DNA of 64,000 nucleotides from Candidatus Latescibacterota bacterium. GTDB lineage: Bacteria > Latescibacterota > UBA2968 > SICM01. Within the stretch, counting starts at the first letter, position 1. The number at the start of each line of letters is the position of its first letter. Of the stretch, positions 51,691 through 61,538 are shown in pieces. The translations under genes and the position numbers were made by a program. The notes beneath the pieces are model-generated. The model was given only the letters and a program-made list of their open reading frames with translations, had not been told where the DNA came from and did not search any database. The stretch lies in assembly GCA_965217865.1 (NCBI GenBank), contig CBDCJO010000002.1, forward strand, positions 4,032,001 through 4,096,000. The letters run 5' to 3'.

Positions 51691-52833
51691 CTACCGGTTT
51701 TGACTTCCCCCCGACCCCTGGCCTCCGACCTCCGACACCCGATCTCCAATTCCCGGCCAGAATTCGATCGGATCAGTGGACTTTACGATGTGCATCCCCG
51801 CTTTCTCGAACTTACGATGCGCTTCCTCGGTTTGCGGCGTAAAATCCAACCCGATCTCTCCCTTTTCATCCCGGACAACCACGGATGACATACAGTCTTT
51901 CAGGATGTAGATCTTTTTTGCGAGCCCCGGATCTCTCTTCGATATCTGTTGAAGCAGGTCTTCGATCGAGCTCTTCACGCAGTGACTCGCCGCTTGCCCT
52001 GCGACGACCACTGCGTCCGCGGCCAAAAGCTCCTCCCAGAACCTGGTGTTTTCCTCTGCCAGGGGATGGCCGTCCCATCCCATCAGTACCTCTGGACGGA
52101 GGATTGAATAATTCTCCGTCAGCGGATGCCCCCCCTTTACCTCGGTCCTGGATTGAGCGCAGCGGAGGAACGCGTGAAAGATCCGGGCTTCGTGGATCAC
52201 CCCCGCCAGGCCATACCCACCGCTTCCCAAAAGGCAATGAGGCGGCCAGAGATAGAGGGTATATTTGTTTTCCCTCGCAAGTTCATCGCAATAGAATTTT
52301 GTCTGTTCGCAAAGCCAGGCATAGTCGCCTTTGCATAACCACCCGGCCATCGCGGGATTCGGCCTGACCTTTTTATGAAGGATGTTTCCGGACGGATCGA
52401 TATTCGCCAGGTCTCCATCCTCGATTCGAATCATCGTATGGGGTGCGAGTGCGCAATCGTTTTCATCGACGAAGAACCAGGGGAAAAAGATCTGATAGGC
52501 GAAGTGGGTGTCCAGAGTCGCGGTAATATCCGATATCGTCCCTGCGTTTCGATAGATAAACTCGGAGATTCGTTTGCTGTCATCCATCGCCCCCGAACCG
52601 CTCCGGCCCCCCACATAAAGCGCCCCTTGAGGGAAACAGAAATCCTTCTGAACATCGATCAGAAGAAGATGCAGCCTGAATGAATCAGACCCGGACGCCG
52701 CGACCTCATACCTCCGACGCCATTCCTCCGCACTACGGAACAGATCGAGATGATCAGGTCCATATTCCCATCGTTCGGCATTCTCGGGATCATAATACGG
52801 AGGGAGAGGGAGTTCCCTTTCCGGCATGCCCAT
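51691..52833 (-). CDS. pncA: Nicotinamidase (isochorismatase-like cysteine hydrolase)
   Basis: LLIDVQKDF, TLDTH, WPPHC, GQAASHCV; upstream of pncB. Confidence 0.8.
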   Translation of the reverse strand: MGMPERELPLPPYYDPENAERWEYGPDHLDLFRSAEEWRRRYEVAASGSDSFRLHLLLIDVQKDFCFPQGALYVGGRSGSGAMDDSKRISEFIYRNAGTISDITATLDTHFAYQIFFPWFFVDENDCALAPHTMIRIEDGDLANIDPSGNILHKKVRPNPAMAGWLCKGDYAWLCEQTKFYCDELARENKYTLYLWPPHCLLGSGGYGLAGVIHEARIFHAFLRCAQSRTEVKGGHPLTENYSILRPEVLMGWDGHPLAEENTRFWEELLAADAVVVAGQAASHCVKSSIEDLLQQISKRDPGLAKKIYILKDCMSSVVVRDEKGEIGLDFTPQTEEAHRKFEKAGMHIVKSTDPIEFWPGIGDRVSEVGGQGSGGSQNR

Positions 52834-52888
52834 CGAAATCTCCTTTGCTGAATCGGGGACGACACGTTCTATCGCAATTATTCAGATC

Positions 52889-52917
52889 TTGACAAAATCG
52901 TAACCTTATAATATATT
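52889..52917 (+). promoter_or_regulatory. Sigma70 promoter for the RHH-nadA operon
   Basis: TTGACA-17-TATATT in an AT-rich divergent intergenic region. Confidence 0.6.
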
Positions 52918-53011
52918 GTATGTGTTCTGTTAAATTTTTATAGGTCCTCTATGCTTAATTTATTTAATATTTATATAACCATCTCATTCCGGGATAGGAG
53001 GAAATATTTGG

Positions 53012-53224
53012 ATGCCTGCTGAAAAAACCCGAGTCGAAAAATCCAAAGTAAGGACCTACTCAGCGACGGACACAGATTACGAAATGCTTAAGATTATCGC
53101 AAGATACCACGGAAACAGCAAGAGCGCGATGATAATGGGCCTTGTAAAAAAAGAGTTCTGGCGAGTCTTTCCAAGTGGAACGGACGCGATTCGACCTGAG
53201 GAGGGTGCGAGGATAACATCATGA
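53012..53224 (+). CDS. Small ribbon-helix-helix-like protein
   Basis: KVRTYS strand plus helices DTDYEMLKIIARYHG and SKSAMIMGLVKKEF; AGGAGG SD; ATGA overlap with nadA. Confidence 0.65.
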   Translation: MPAEKTRVEKSKVRTYSATDTDYEMLKIIARYHGNSKSAMIMGLVKKEFWRVFPSGTDAIRPEEGARITS

Positions 53225-54216
53225 GCCAAATCTTAACGGAAAATCCTGCTTCGATACCCTACTCCCCATTCGGGCTCTCCCTCTCTCAGGAGGGATTGAT
53301 CGAGGAGATCAACCGCCTTCGGACTGAAAAAAAGGCAATGATCCTTGCCCACAACTATCAGGTCCCGGAGGTACAGGACATCGCTGATTTCACCGGCGAC
53401 TCCCTTGGACTCTCAATCGAAGCCACCAGGACGGATGCAGAGATCATCGTGTTTTGCGGCGTCCACTTTATGGCCGAGTCCACGAAAGTCCTCAACGTCG
53501 AAAAGAGGGTATTTCTCCCCCATCTTGGGGCGGGGTGCGCCCTGGCGGATTCCATCACACCGGAAAGCCTGGACGATTGGAAGGAACGTTACCCCGGATA
53601 TACGGTCGTGACATACATCAACTCGTCCGCAGAGGTAAAGGCCGAATCCGACATCTGTTGTACATCGGCAAACGCCGTGGCCGTGGTCAGAAGCCTGGAA
53701 AACGACAAAGTTCTGTTCACGCCGGACCGGAATTTAGGGCGGTGGGTCAAGGATCAAGTTCCGGAGAAGGATATCGCGATCTACGATGGGGTCTGCCCCA
53801 CACACGACGTCCTCAGGGGGGCGAACGTTCTGAAGACCAGGGAGGCCTTCCCGGAGGCGGTGATCATCGCCCACCCCGAATGCCGGGAAGACATCGTGGA
53901 TCTTGCGGATGAGGTCTGCTCCACCACCGGCATGATGTCTGCGATAGAGCGGCATCCTGAAGCGAAATCATTCATCATTGCCACGGAGAACGGGATCATC
54001 CATCAGATGAAGAAGCGCTTTCCGGACAAGGAGTTCATTCTTGCCGACGGCTGCATCGGATGTCGCCTCCACTGCCCTTACATGAAGGTGACCGGCCTGG
54101 AGGACGTCTATCTCTCGCTCGAGGATGAGCGCTTCGAGATCCGGGTCGATCCCGAAGTACTCCGGGGAGCCAAGGAATCGCTCGACAGGATGATGGCCGT
54201 TCCACGGGATAACTGA
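53221..54216 (+). CDS. nadA: Quinolinate synthase
   Basis: ILAHNYQ, GDSL, FCGVHFMAE, YINSSA, CCTS, AHPEC, CPYM. Confidence 0.96.
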   Translation: MSQILTENPASIPYSPFGLSLSQEGLIEEINRLRTEKKAMILAHNYQVPEVQDIADFTGDSLGLSIEATRTDAEIIVFCGVHFMAESTKVLNVEKRVFLPHLGAGCALADSITPESLDDWKERYPGYTVVTYINSSAEVKAESDICCTSANAVAVVRSLENDKVLFTPDRNLGRWVKDQVPEKDIAIYDGVCPTHDVLRGANVLKTREAFPEAVIIAHPECREDIVDLADEVCSTTGMMSAIERHPEAKSFIIATENGIIHQMKKRFPDKEFILADGCIGCRLHCPYMKVTGLEDVYLSLEDERFEIRVDPEVLRGAKESLDRMMAVPRDN

Positions 54217-54244
54217 AACAGACTCTGGTAGGACACATCAAAAC

Positions 54245-54291
54245 GGGCAGAGACGGTCTGGATATTCAATGACCGGCGTCTCTGCCCTTTT
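54245..54291 (+). terminator. Intrinsic terminator after nadA
   Basis: GGGCAGAGACG..CGTCTCTGCCC plus TTTTT. Confidence 0.65.
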
Positions 54292-54400
54292 TGTTTCACT
54301 GCCCCGATTGCGATTCCGGGAGTCCATCCACTAGGTCCAGGCATATCTCAAATCGCAAGGTGATTTGTCGGGATGCGACGCGTATCTGAAACCGATCCGG

Positions 54401-54520
54401 AAGATGTCATCCCGAGCGCAATACTACCCAAGTTCAGACCTTTGCCCGGACCTTGTGCGCGAAGGATCTCTGCCTCGCTTTTCCTGCCACTGCCACTGCT
54501 ACTGCTTTCCCTGACCTCTG
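54401..54520 (+). repeat. ~120-bp dispersed direct repeat, copy 1
   Basis: Closely matches 58276-58392 (TGTCATCCYGAGCGCA..CGAAGGATCTC). Confidence 0.8.
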
Positions 54521-54543
54521 ACCCCTCCCTGATCCCTGGCTTT

Positions 54544-55041
54544 TCACCCCGCTTTCCTCAGCAGAATCTGGAAGATCATAACGTGCGTTACGATCAAGGC
54601 TGGAACAACCAGGAGAGGGATAAAAACCACTCCACCCAGTTGGCCTGCATCTACATGCCGGACACCCTGTGACACTGCATACAGTGCGTCCAGACTTCCT
54701 TCCAGATTGAAGATCCAGACTGCTGGAACTGCGATCGACCATCTAAACTTAAGTGCTACAGCCGCGAGCAGCGCCAGGACAGACGCCAGAAGGTCGCCAT
54801 AGGCTGCCGGTACGGCAAAATCGTGCGTAACGTCGGGTGAAACGACACCAGGTATAAGAAAAGCCAGTCCAATGTATCGAAATGCGTGGGGAAGCACGAG
54901 TGGGATCAGCGCATCATGTCGGGAAAGGTTCGCCAAGGCCGGCATGACATACCATCGAGCGATCAGACCGTAGGTCAGCATCCCAATCGCTATGCTTACC
55001 ACGATCTTCATCATATCCTGTCCCAGGACTTCTGAAGCCAT
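54544..55041 (-). CDS. Hypothetical multi-pass membrane protein
   Basis: Several hydrophobic helices; HAFRYIG and AAYGDL motifs. Confidence 0.75.
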   Translation of the reverse strand: MASEVLGQDMMKIVVSIAIGMLTYGLIARWYVMPALANLSRHDALIPLVLPHAFRYIGLAFLIPGVVSPDVTHDFAVPAAYGDLLASVLALLAAVALKFRWSIAVPAVWIFNLEGSLDALYAVSQGVRHVDAGQLGGVVFIPLLVVPALIVTHVMIFQILLRKAG

Positions 55042-55914
55042 AAATGCCCCCCTCTAATCTCTTTGGTCTACGTAGGATGTAAGAATCTGGCAAACTGTAT
55101 GCACTTGTATTTCAGCAAGAAATATAAGATACATCCTGTGGCGTCGCAATCTTCATTTCCACTGCCACTACCGGTTTTGACTTCCCTGACCCTCGGACCT
55201 CCGACCTCTGGCCCCTGCTTTTCCTGCCACTGCAACTGCCTTTTACTCTCTCACACCTGTCTGAGTTGGCTGCGAAGCCGCCGTATCGAAGGTCTAGCTT
55301 CTGAGCTGACTTTGGCCTTCTTCTGTATTCTGTATTCTGTATTCCGGTGGGTAAAGGGAGGAAGGGCCTTCTGCCCTCGGACCTCCGATCCCCGACTTCC
55401 GTCTCGCGGCTCCCTGACCTCCCGCCAACTGAAATTGAATTTAGGTGTTCTTCTGACTCCTGTCTTCTGTCTTCTATATTCTATATTCTGTATTCCGGTG
55501 GGGGTGGGCGGAAGGGTCTCCATTTTCCCCTTGACGTTCCCTCGAATTCATCCGTACACTGTCCCGGCGCAATCCCGCGGGATAGTTAGAGAGCGATGAC
55601 GATTCGAAAAGCGATAGATTCGGACTCCGACGCCATATGCGGTTTCTTTGCATTTTTCATTTTTCATTTTCCATTTCCATGGGGCTTCTCGATCGTGGGG
55701 ACCCTGCCGAAGGCGTTCAATCATCCTGAACTTGGGCTTGTTGATCTCTTCGTCATGCACAGGTTGATCTGATCGGAACCTGCCATCATCTGAACTGGCT
55801 TTTTCTCTTCCGCAGATTGTTAAGGACGCCTGGGCACGACGAGCGCTTTCCCGTCTCACGTTTCACGTCTTACGTCCTGGCCCTGACTTTCCATTTTCCA
55901 TTCCCATTTCCCTC

Positions 55915-56481
55915 ATGAACACACGTAAAGTTACTTGGATCACTGCTGGCATCCTGTTTGCGGCCGCGAGCATTTGGATTCACTACGAAGTGAAAGTCAA
56001 GATGCTCCACCGGGGTGGTGGTTCCGTTCGCCAGCTTGGAACCATTAAAGTCGACGAGATGGCACCGGATTTCTCGGCTCGCGATTTGAAAGGCCGTGAT
56101 GTTGTGCTGTCGGCATTTCGCGACCGAAAGGTTGTGCTGTTGGATTTTTGGGCGACCTGGTGTGGCCAGTGTCGGAGGGCGATGCCTTCACTCCAAACGC
56201 TTCACGATGAATCCAAAGACCGGGGGGTAGAACTCCTCAGCGTGAACCTGGGTGAAGAACATGCGAAAGTGCAGCATTTCATCCAAAGAAATGACTACAC
56301 GTTCCGGGTAGTTCTCGATGAAGATAGCACCATCGGTGGTAAATTCGGCATACGTTCAATCCCCTCCATGGTGGTAGTGGACAAAGGCGGCCTGGTGCAG
56401 TGGATCCACGTTGGATACCAGAAAGAATTGAAAGAGTTACGGAGCCTGTTGGATAGGCTGACGAAAGAAGGGGGAACATGA
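55915..56481 (+). CDS. TlpA/ResA-like thiol-disulfide oxidoreductase
   Basis: N-terminal TM, APDF, DFWATWCGQC, IP. Confidence 0.88.
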   Translation: MNTRKVTWITAGILFAAASIWIHYEVKVKMLHRGGGSVRQLGTIKVDEMAPDFSARDLKGRDVVLSAFRDRKVVLLDFWATWCGQCRRAMPSLQTLHDESKDRGVELLSVNLGEEHAKVQHFIQRNDYTFRVVLDEDSTIGGKFGIRSIPSMVVVDKGGLVQWIHVGYQKELKELRSLLDRLTKEGGT

Positions 56482-57389
56482 TCGTTATTCGCACAGACAA
56501 TTTGTGCAAAACCTATAAGGGGAAAACCACAGCGTTAGATGGACTGAACCTCGAAGTGCAGTCAGGCGAAGTGTTTGGTTTTCTTGGTCCAAACGGCGCC
56601 GGCAAAACGACCACCATCCATCTTCTGTTGAACTTTATAAGGCCTAGCAAGGGTACGGCGTTTTTGTTTGAACAACCCGTCACCTGCACAGAGACTCATC
56701 ACAGGCTCGGATACCTGCCCGAATCAGTGAACCTGCACGACTATTATCGTGGGGGGCGGCTCCTGGAGTTTTACGCCGGTTTGCTGGGTATGCCATCTGC
56801 AGCCCGTTCGCCGCGGGTGGAGGAATTATTAAAGCTAATGGACTTGCAGGAGGCCAGAGACAAGCCCATCTCTAAATATTCAAAGGGTATGCTTCAACGC
56901 ATTGGCCTTGCCCAGGCGATGCTCAACGACCCTGAATTGCTCATCCTCGATGAACCCACCTCCAGCCTCGACCCGCTCGGGCGCAGGGAATTTCGCGATA
57001 TTCTACTGGAACTCAGGCGTCGGGGTAAAACCGTCTTCATCAGTTCGCATATTTTGTCCGAAGTGGAGTCGGTGTGTGACCGCGTGGCCATTCTGCAAAA
57101 CGGACAACTGCGCCGGGTGGGAACGTTACAGGAATTGTCCAGCGCCACAGGTGCCAGAATTATTGTAAAGAGCCTGCCCGCCGAATTGGTGGAGACGTTA
57201 GCCGCCACAACAGTTCGTGTGACCTTCGAGCAGGGGCAAGTAACGATCCATTGTCAGGATGAGACGCTGCGCCGGGATGCCGAGCAGCTGCTGGCTCAAC
57301 ATCACGTGGACATTGAGCGAATTGAACCCGAAACGCAATCACTGGAAGATATTTTCATGTCTGCCATGGACCAAGAGGATAATCCATGA
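56478..57389 (+). CDS. ABC transporter ATP-binding protein
   Basis: GPNGAGKTT, YSKGM, ILDEP, SSH. Confidence 0.93.
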   Translation: MIVIRTDNLCKTYKGKTTALDGLNLEVQSGEVFGFLGPNGAGKTTTIHLLLNFIRPSKGTAFLFEQPVTCTETHHRLGYLPESVNLHDYYRGGRLLEFYAGLLGMPSAARSPRVEELLKLMDLQEARDKPISKYSKGMLQRIGLAQAMLNDPELLILDEPTSSLDPLGRREFRDILLELRRRGKTVFISSHILSEVESVCDRVAILQNGQLRRVGTLQELSSATGARIIVKSLPAELVETLAATTVRVTFEQGQVTIHCQDETLRRDAEQLLAQHHVDIERIEPETQSLEDIFMSAMDQEDNP

Positions 57390-58174
57390 AAACGGTTCTA
57401 CTCATTGCCATTGATACGATCCGCGAACTGCTGCACCACCGCTTGCTTCTGGCGATGGTGCTGGTATCCCTTGGATTGATCTTTATTTCTTCTGTCCTAT
57501 TCAGTGCAACCAGGAAACAAATTGCCCACCAGGGCTATGACAATTTGAGTGAAGCCAAACAGCGAGAAATGCGCAAAGCCCTAGAAATGGCTGGTTCTGT
57601 CTATCAGGCCGGTTTTTACCAAGTCGCCTCACTCGGCGGTTCCCTTATCGCGCTGTTCATCTTCTGTACAGCTGTTTCTTCGGAAATCCGTAAAGGAACA
57701 ATCCGCGTTACCCTGTCCAAGCCTGTGTCCCGTACGCAATTCCTTCTGGGCAAATATTTTGGCGGTGTCATAGTCATGGTCGGCTATTCAGCAGTTGCCA
57801 GGGTCGCTATGGACCTTTTCGCGCAATATCACCAGATGGAATTAAGCCCCGCGATTAAATTCCATTCCTGGATGATGTTGTGTGAACACCTGATGGTGGG
57901 CTCCGTGGGCATGCTGCTGTCGCTGTTTGTTCATCCGCTTATTGCTGCCATCCTGGCATATTTTGCCAGCGCGAGTTTGCTTTCGCCCCCTAATCCCCTC
58001 TATTTTATCCTGCCCAGCTATGACCGCTACAATCTCTTTCTTAGTATCTTGAAAAGGAGTTCAAGTCTGATGGATGTGAAGGACGTCGTTTTGCTCTCTC
58101 TCTACACTATCGATTTCATTGCGATCGTCCTTCTGTTTGCGCTTTGGCGTTTCCGCTCGAAAGAGCTTGTATAG
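57386..58174 (+). CDS. ABC-2-type permease
   Basis: EIRKGTI..LSKPVSR..FLLGK, multiple TMs. Confidence 0.88.
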   Translation: MKTVLLIAIDTIRELLHHRLLLAMVLVSLGLIFISSVLFSATRKQIAHQGYDNLSEAKQREMRKALEMAGSVYQAGFYQVASLGGSLIALFIFCTAVSSEIRKGTIRVTLSKPVSRTQFLLGKYFGGVIVMVGYSAVARVAMDLFAQYHQMELSPAIKFHSWMMLCEHLMVGSVGMLLSLFVHPLIAAILAYFASASLLSPPNPLYFILPSYDRYNLFLSILKRSSSLMDVKDVVLLSLYTIDFIAIVLLFALWRFRSKELV

Positions 58175-58275
58175 CCAACGATTCTGCTTAGATTCCGAGA
58201 GGGCCCTGCGGCCTCAAAAGATCGTGAAGCGTAAAACAGTCTTCTTCATTTCCTATGAGATGGGAATCCTGAGTA

Positions 58276-58392
58276 AAGATGTCATCCTGAGCGCAATACT
58301 ACCCAAGTTCAGACCTGCCCCGGTCCTTGTGCGCGAAGGATCTCTGTTTCGCTTTTCCTGCCACTGCCATTGCTACTGCTTTTCCCTGACCC
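58276..58392 (+). repeat. ~120-bp dispersed direct repeat, copy 2
   Basis: Matches 54401-54520. Confidence 0.8.
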
Positions 58393-58435
58393 CTGACCTC
58401 CGGCCTCTGACCCCTGACTTTTTCATTTCCATGCC

Positions 58436-58612
58436 ATGTCCGATCTATTAAAATCTTTGACAAAGGTTCATGACGCCAGGACCCTCCGCGCATCCTCCTG
58501 GGAGACAAACGGGAGGAACGCCGACCGCTGGACCATTGACGGGGGAGAGACCCGGATCCTTGCGGACCTTCAGGGGCCAGGATGCATCACGCACATCTGG
58601 ATGACCCAGGGG
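58436..58612 (+). pseudogene. 5' fragment of a DUF2961 (GH172-like) gene
   Basis: RASSWETNGRNAD..GPGCITHIWMT, then an abrupt switch to ankyrin-gene sequence. Confidence 0.7.
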
Positions 58613-59018
58613 GAAAGCCCAGACCGTCGTCGCCCGCGAGTATGGGTTCCCGAGCTGGCCGAAGCTCAAGGCGTTCGTGGAAGCGGACAAACACCGGGGC
58701 GTCATGCCCGACGAGCTGGATGATGTGCAGTCTGCGTTTATTCATGCCGTACGCTCCGAAGATGTTGAAACCGTACGCGAGTTGCTTGGTCAACAACCCC
58801 AATTGGCCACCCTCCGCATCTGCAACGAGGCGGTCGATGAGGATGACCCCCGGTCAACCACGCCACTGCACATGTCCTCGTTTATACCCGGCAACGTATC
58901 TTTTGTCTGAGATCGCCCGAAAAAACGGGGGCAAGGTCGAAGCAAGATCCTGGTTGCCTGTAGGGTTGAGAAGGGATACATATTTTGGGATATCCCTGAC
59001 CTCACAGGAGGAGTAAAG

Positions 59019-59354
59019 ATGGAGCAACTGTCCTCAAACAGTGACCCGGTCAAGAAGCGCAGGAGCTTGTCCCCGGAACAGAAGTATGAGATTTTCCTTG
59101 AAGCCAGCCGGGGAGATGTTCCCATTGCACAGGTGCTGCGGAAATGGGGCATTCATTCCTCGGATCTAAAGCGTATTCGTGAGTCGGTCAAGTCCGGGGC
59201 CCTCAAGGAGTTCAAGGGTCGCCGGAGCCGCAAGCCGATGGTATCGGCTGAGGAGGTGGAGCAGCTGCGCAAAGAGCGGGCACGCCTGGAGCAAACGATC
59301 ATTGAGCAATCTGTGGAACTTTCCCTGCTAAAAAAAAGTGTGAATGGGATCTGA
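59019..59354 (+). CDS. IS3 OrfA (HTH plus leucine zipper)
   Basis: SPEQKYEIF..VLRKWGI..EVEQLRKE..LLKK. Confidence 0.85.
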   Translation: MEQLSSNSDPVKKRRSLSPEQKYEIFLEASRGDVPIAQVLRKWGIHSSDLKRIRESVKSGALKEFKGRRSRKPMVSAEEVEQLRKERARLEQTIIEQSVELSLLKKSVNGI

Positions 59355-59377
59355 CAGGCCCGATCAAGGGCCACCGG

Positions 59378-60409
59378 GTGCAAGCTGAGGTCAAACGCGA
59401 GATCCTCTTAATGGTCCATCGGGCCAAGGAGAAAGGGGTGAAACTCACCCGTTCTTGCGAGATCCTACAGCTTCCCCTCCAGCGGTATTGTGCCTGGAGC
59501 CGGCGAGATCGAGAAGAGAAGCTGGATGGGGTGTCGGACCCGCTTTTGGATGGGAAGCCCGGGCCCGCCCCTGATAAGGCCCCACACGGATTGCTGAGGG
59601 AGGAGAAAGAGCAAATCCCGGCCCTCTTAAGGGATGAGACCTATGCCGATCTGCCTCCCCATCAGCTGGCGGTGGTAGCCTCAGAGAAGGGGGTAGTGCA
59701 GGCCTCGGCCTCCAGCTTCTACCGACAGGCCAGGAAAGAACGTCTGGCACGCAGGAAACAGGTGAGGACGCCGGTCAAGCAGAGCAAGCCCCAGGTCAAA
59801 CCTGAAGGTCCTAATCAGGTCTGGAGCTGGGACCTGACCTACATCCCATTTTTCGGTTTGTTCCTGTATTTTACCGCCATTCTCGACGTGTATTCCAGGA
59901 AGATCGTAGGATGGAAGCTCTCCTTCAACGCGACCGTGGAGCAGGTCAAACAGGCCTGGGATCAAGCCCTTGCCAACGAAGGACTGCTGGACCTGGACAC
60001 TGGGCCCATAAGCTTGACAGCCCTCTCAGATCACGGATCTCAGATGAAGGCCAAATCGATGGCCCAATTCTTCAAGGACCTGGGCATCTCGCAGCTGTTT
60101 GCCCGATATCAAACACCCACGGACAACGCCTGGATCGAAGCCTTTTTCCGGACATTCAAATACGACTGGCTGCGCTTCCAGGACATCTTCACATTCCATC
60201 AACTGGAAGGCCTGATTGATTCCTTCATTCACAGCTACAACGCCGAACGCTATCACGGGGCAATACAGTATGTCACGCCTCTTCAGAGGCATAAAGGCCA
60301 GCATCAAAAGATTCTTCACCACCGACAAGGTCGAAAGGAGGAGGCTCGGCAGCGCCGCATAGAAATCAATCGGCAAAGAACATCCCAGACCATCCACAAG
60401 GCTGCCTGA
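59378..60409 (+). CDS. IS3 OrfB DDE transposase (reached by -1 frameshift)
   Basis: PNQVWSWDLTY, SDHGSQ, DNAWIEAFF; A8G slippery run at ~59330. Confidence 0.9.
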   Translation: MQAEVKREILLMVHRAKEKGVKLTRSCEILQLPLQRYCAWSRRDREEKLDGVSDPLLDGKPGPAPDKAPHGLLREEKEQIPALLRDETYADLPPHQLAVVASEKGVVQASASSFYRQARKERLARRKQVRTPVKQSKPQVKPEGPNQVWSWDLTYIPFFGLFLYFTAILDVYSRKIVGWKLSFNATVEQVKQAWDQALANEGLLDLDTGPISLTALSDHGSQMKAKSMAQFFKDLGISQLFARYQTPTDNAWIEAFFRTFKYDWLRFQDIFTFHQLEGLIDSFIHSYNAERYHGAIQYVTPLQRHKGQHQKILHHRQGRKEEARQRRIEINRQRTSQTIHKAA

Positions 60410-61538
60410 ATCTTGCTTGGACCTTTATCTACTTTTCTCTTGTTATCTCAGAATAGATACAAACGAAGAATTGGTTGCGCTACTGCTTGAGGCCGGCGCA
60501 GAGGTGGATGCGCTAGGCTATCAGGGATTCTGGCGCACGCCGCTGTCGCTCGCTGCGTGGGAGGGCACAGTTGGCTGCGTGCGCCTCTTGCTCGAAGCCG
60601 GTGCCGACCCCAATCCGATCACATCCATCGGCATCTCGCCTCTACACAACTCCGTGTGTCACCGTTCACACGAGAAGACCAAGCTACTGCTGGAGTACGG
60701 CGCCCAGCCGACTCTGTACGTCGCCGTCGCGCTAGGGATGGCCGATCGCGTGCACGGTCTGCTTGAGCAGGAACCAGGACTCGTCAACGTACCCGGTGAG
60801 AGCAACCTTCTGCCCATGACCGTGGCGGCAGAGTTCGGACAGAGAGACGTAGCCGAAGTGTTGATCCAGCACGGCGCCGAGGTCACACTGACTCAAGCCT
60901 GTGGCCTGGGCATACTGGATCGTGTCAAGACATTGGTCGAGAAGAATCGGGACGCGGTTAACCAGGTTGAAGAGGCGGATGCACCGCTGATCGCGGCGTC
61001 GCGTAACGGACATGCCGATATTGTGCGTTATCTGCTCGAGCAAGGGGTGGACGTCAATCTGGCTGCGAAGGAACAGGTTCACGACATCCAAGCCATCAAT
61101 CAGGCGAGCATGGCCGGTACTGCCTCGGCGGACGTGATCAATCTGCTTGCTGAAGCCGGTGCCGACGTCTGCCACGTGTATCGTGGAAATACACCGTTGA
61201 TGAGGGCCTTGGGACGCAATGAGACAGCAGTTCAGGCGTTGGTGAAACATGGCGGATTGGGACGGTTTTATGTCGTCGGCCAGTGGAGCGGTCACCTCGA
61301 CCGGATTGAACCCTTGCTTGAACTCGGCGCCGATGTGAACGAGACCGACGAAAAGGGCAGGACGGCGCTGGATCACGCCATCAACAATCGTGACGTGACG
61401 GAAGACCCCGGTCACATAAAACGCTTCACACAGATGATCGAGCTATTGCAAAAGCACGGCGGCAGGCGTGGTGACAGCAGCCCATAGCTGAAATTTTCAA
61501 TCTTCAATCTTCAATCTTCAGTTTCCATGGAGGTCGTT

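Larger units (their letters stand above)
58896..60461 (+). mobile_element. IS3-family insertion sequence
   Basis: Ends GTATCT..TCTGAGAT / ATCTCAGAATAGATACA; AAC on both flanks; orfA/orfB in 0/-1 frames. Confidence 0.85.
58613..61487 (+). pseudogene. Ankyrin-repeat gene, 5'-truncated and IS-interrupted
   Basis: Homologous to the 61539 gene from AQTVVAREYG onward; removing the IS and one AAC restores PGN-EELVALL in frame. Confidence 0.85.
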
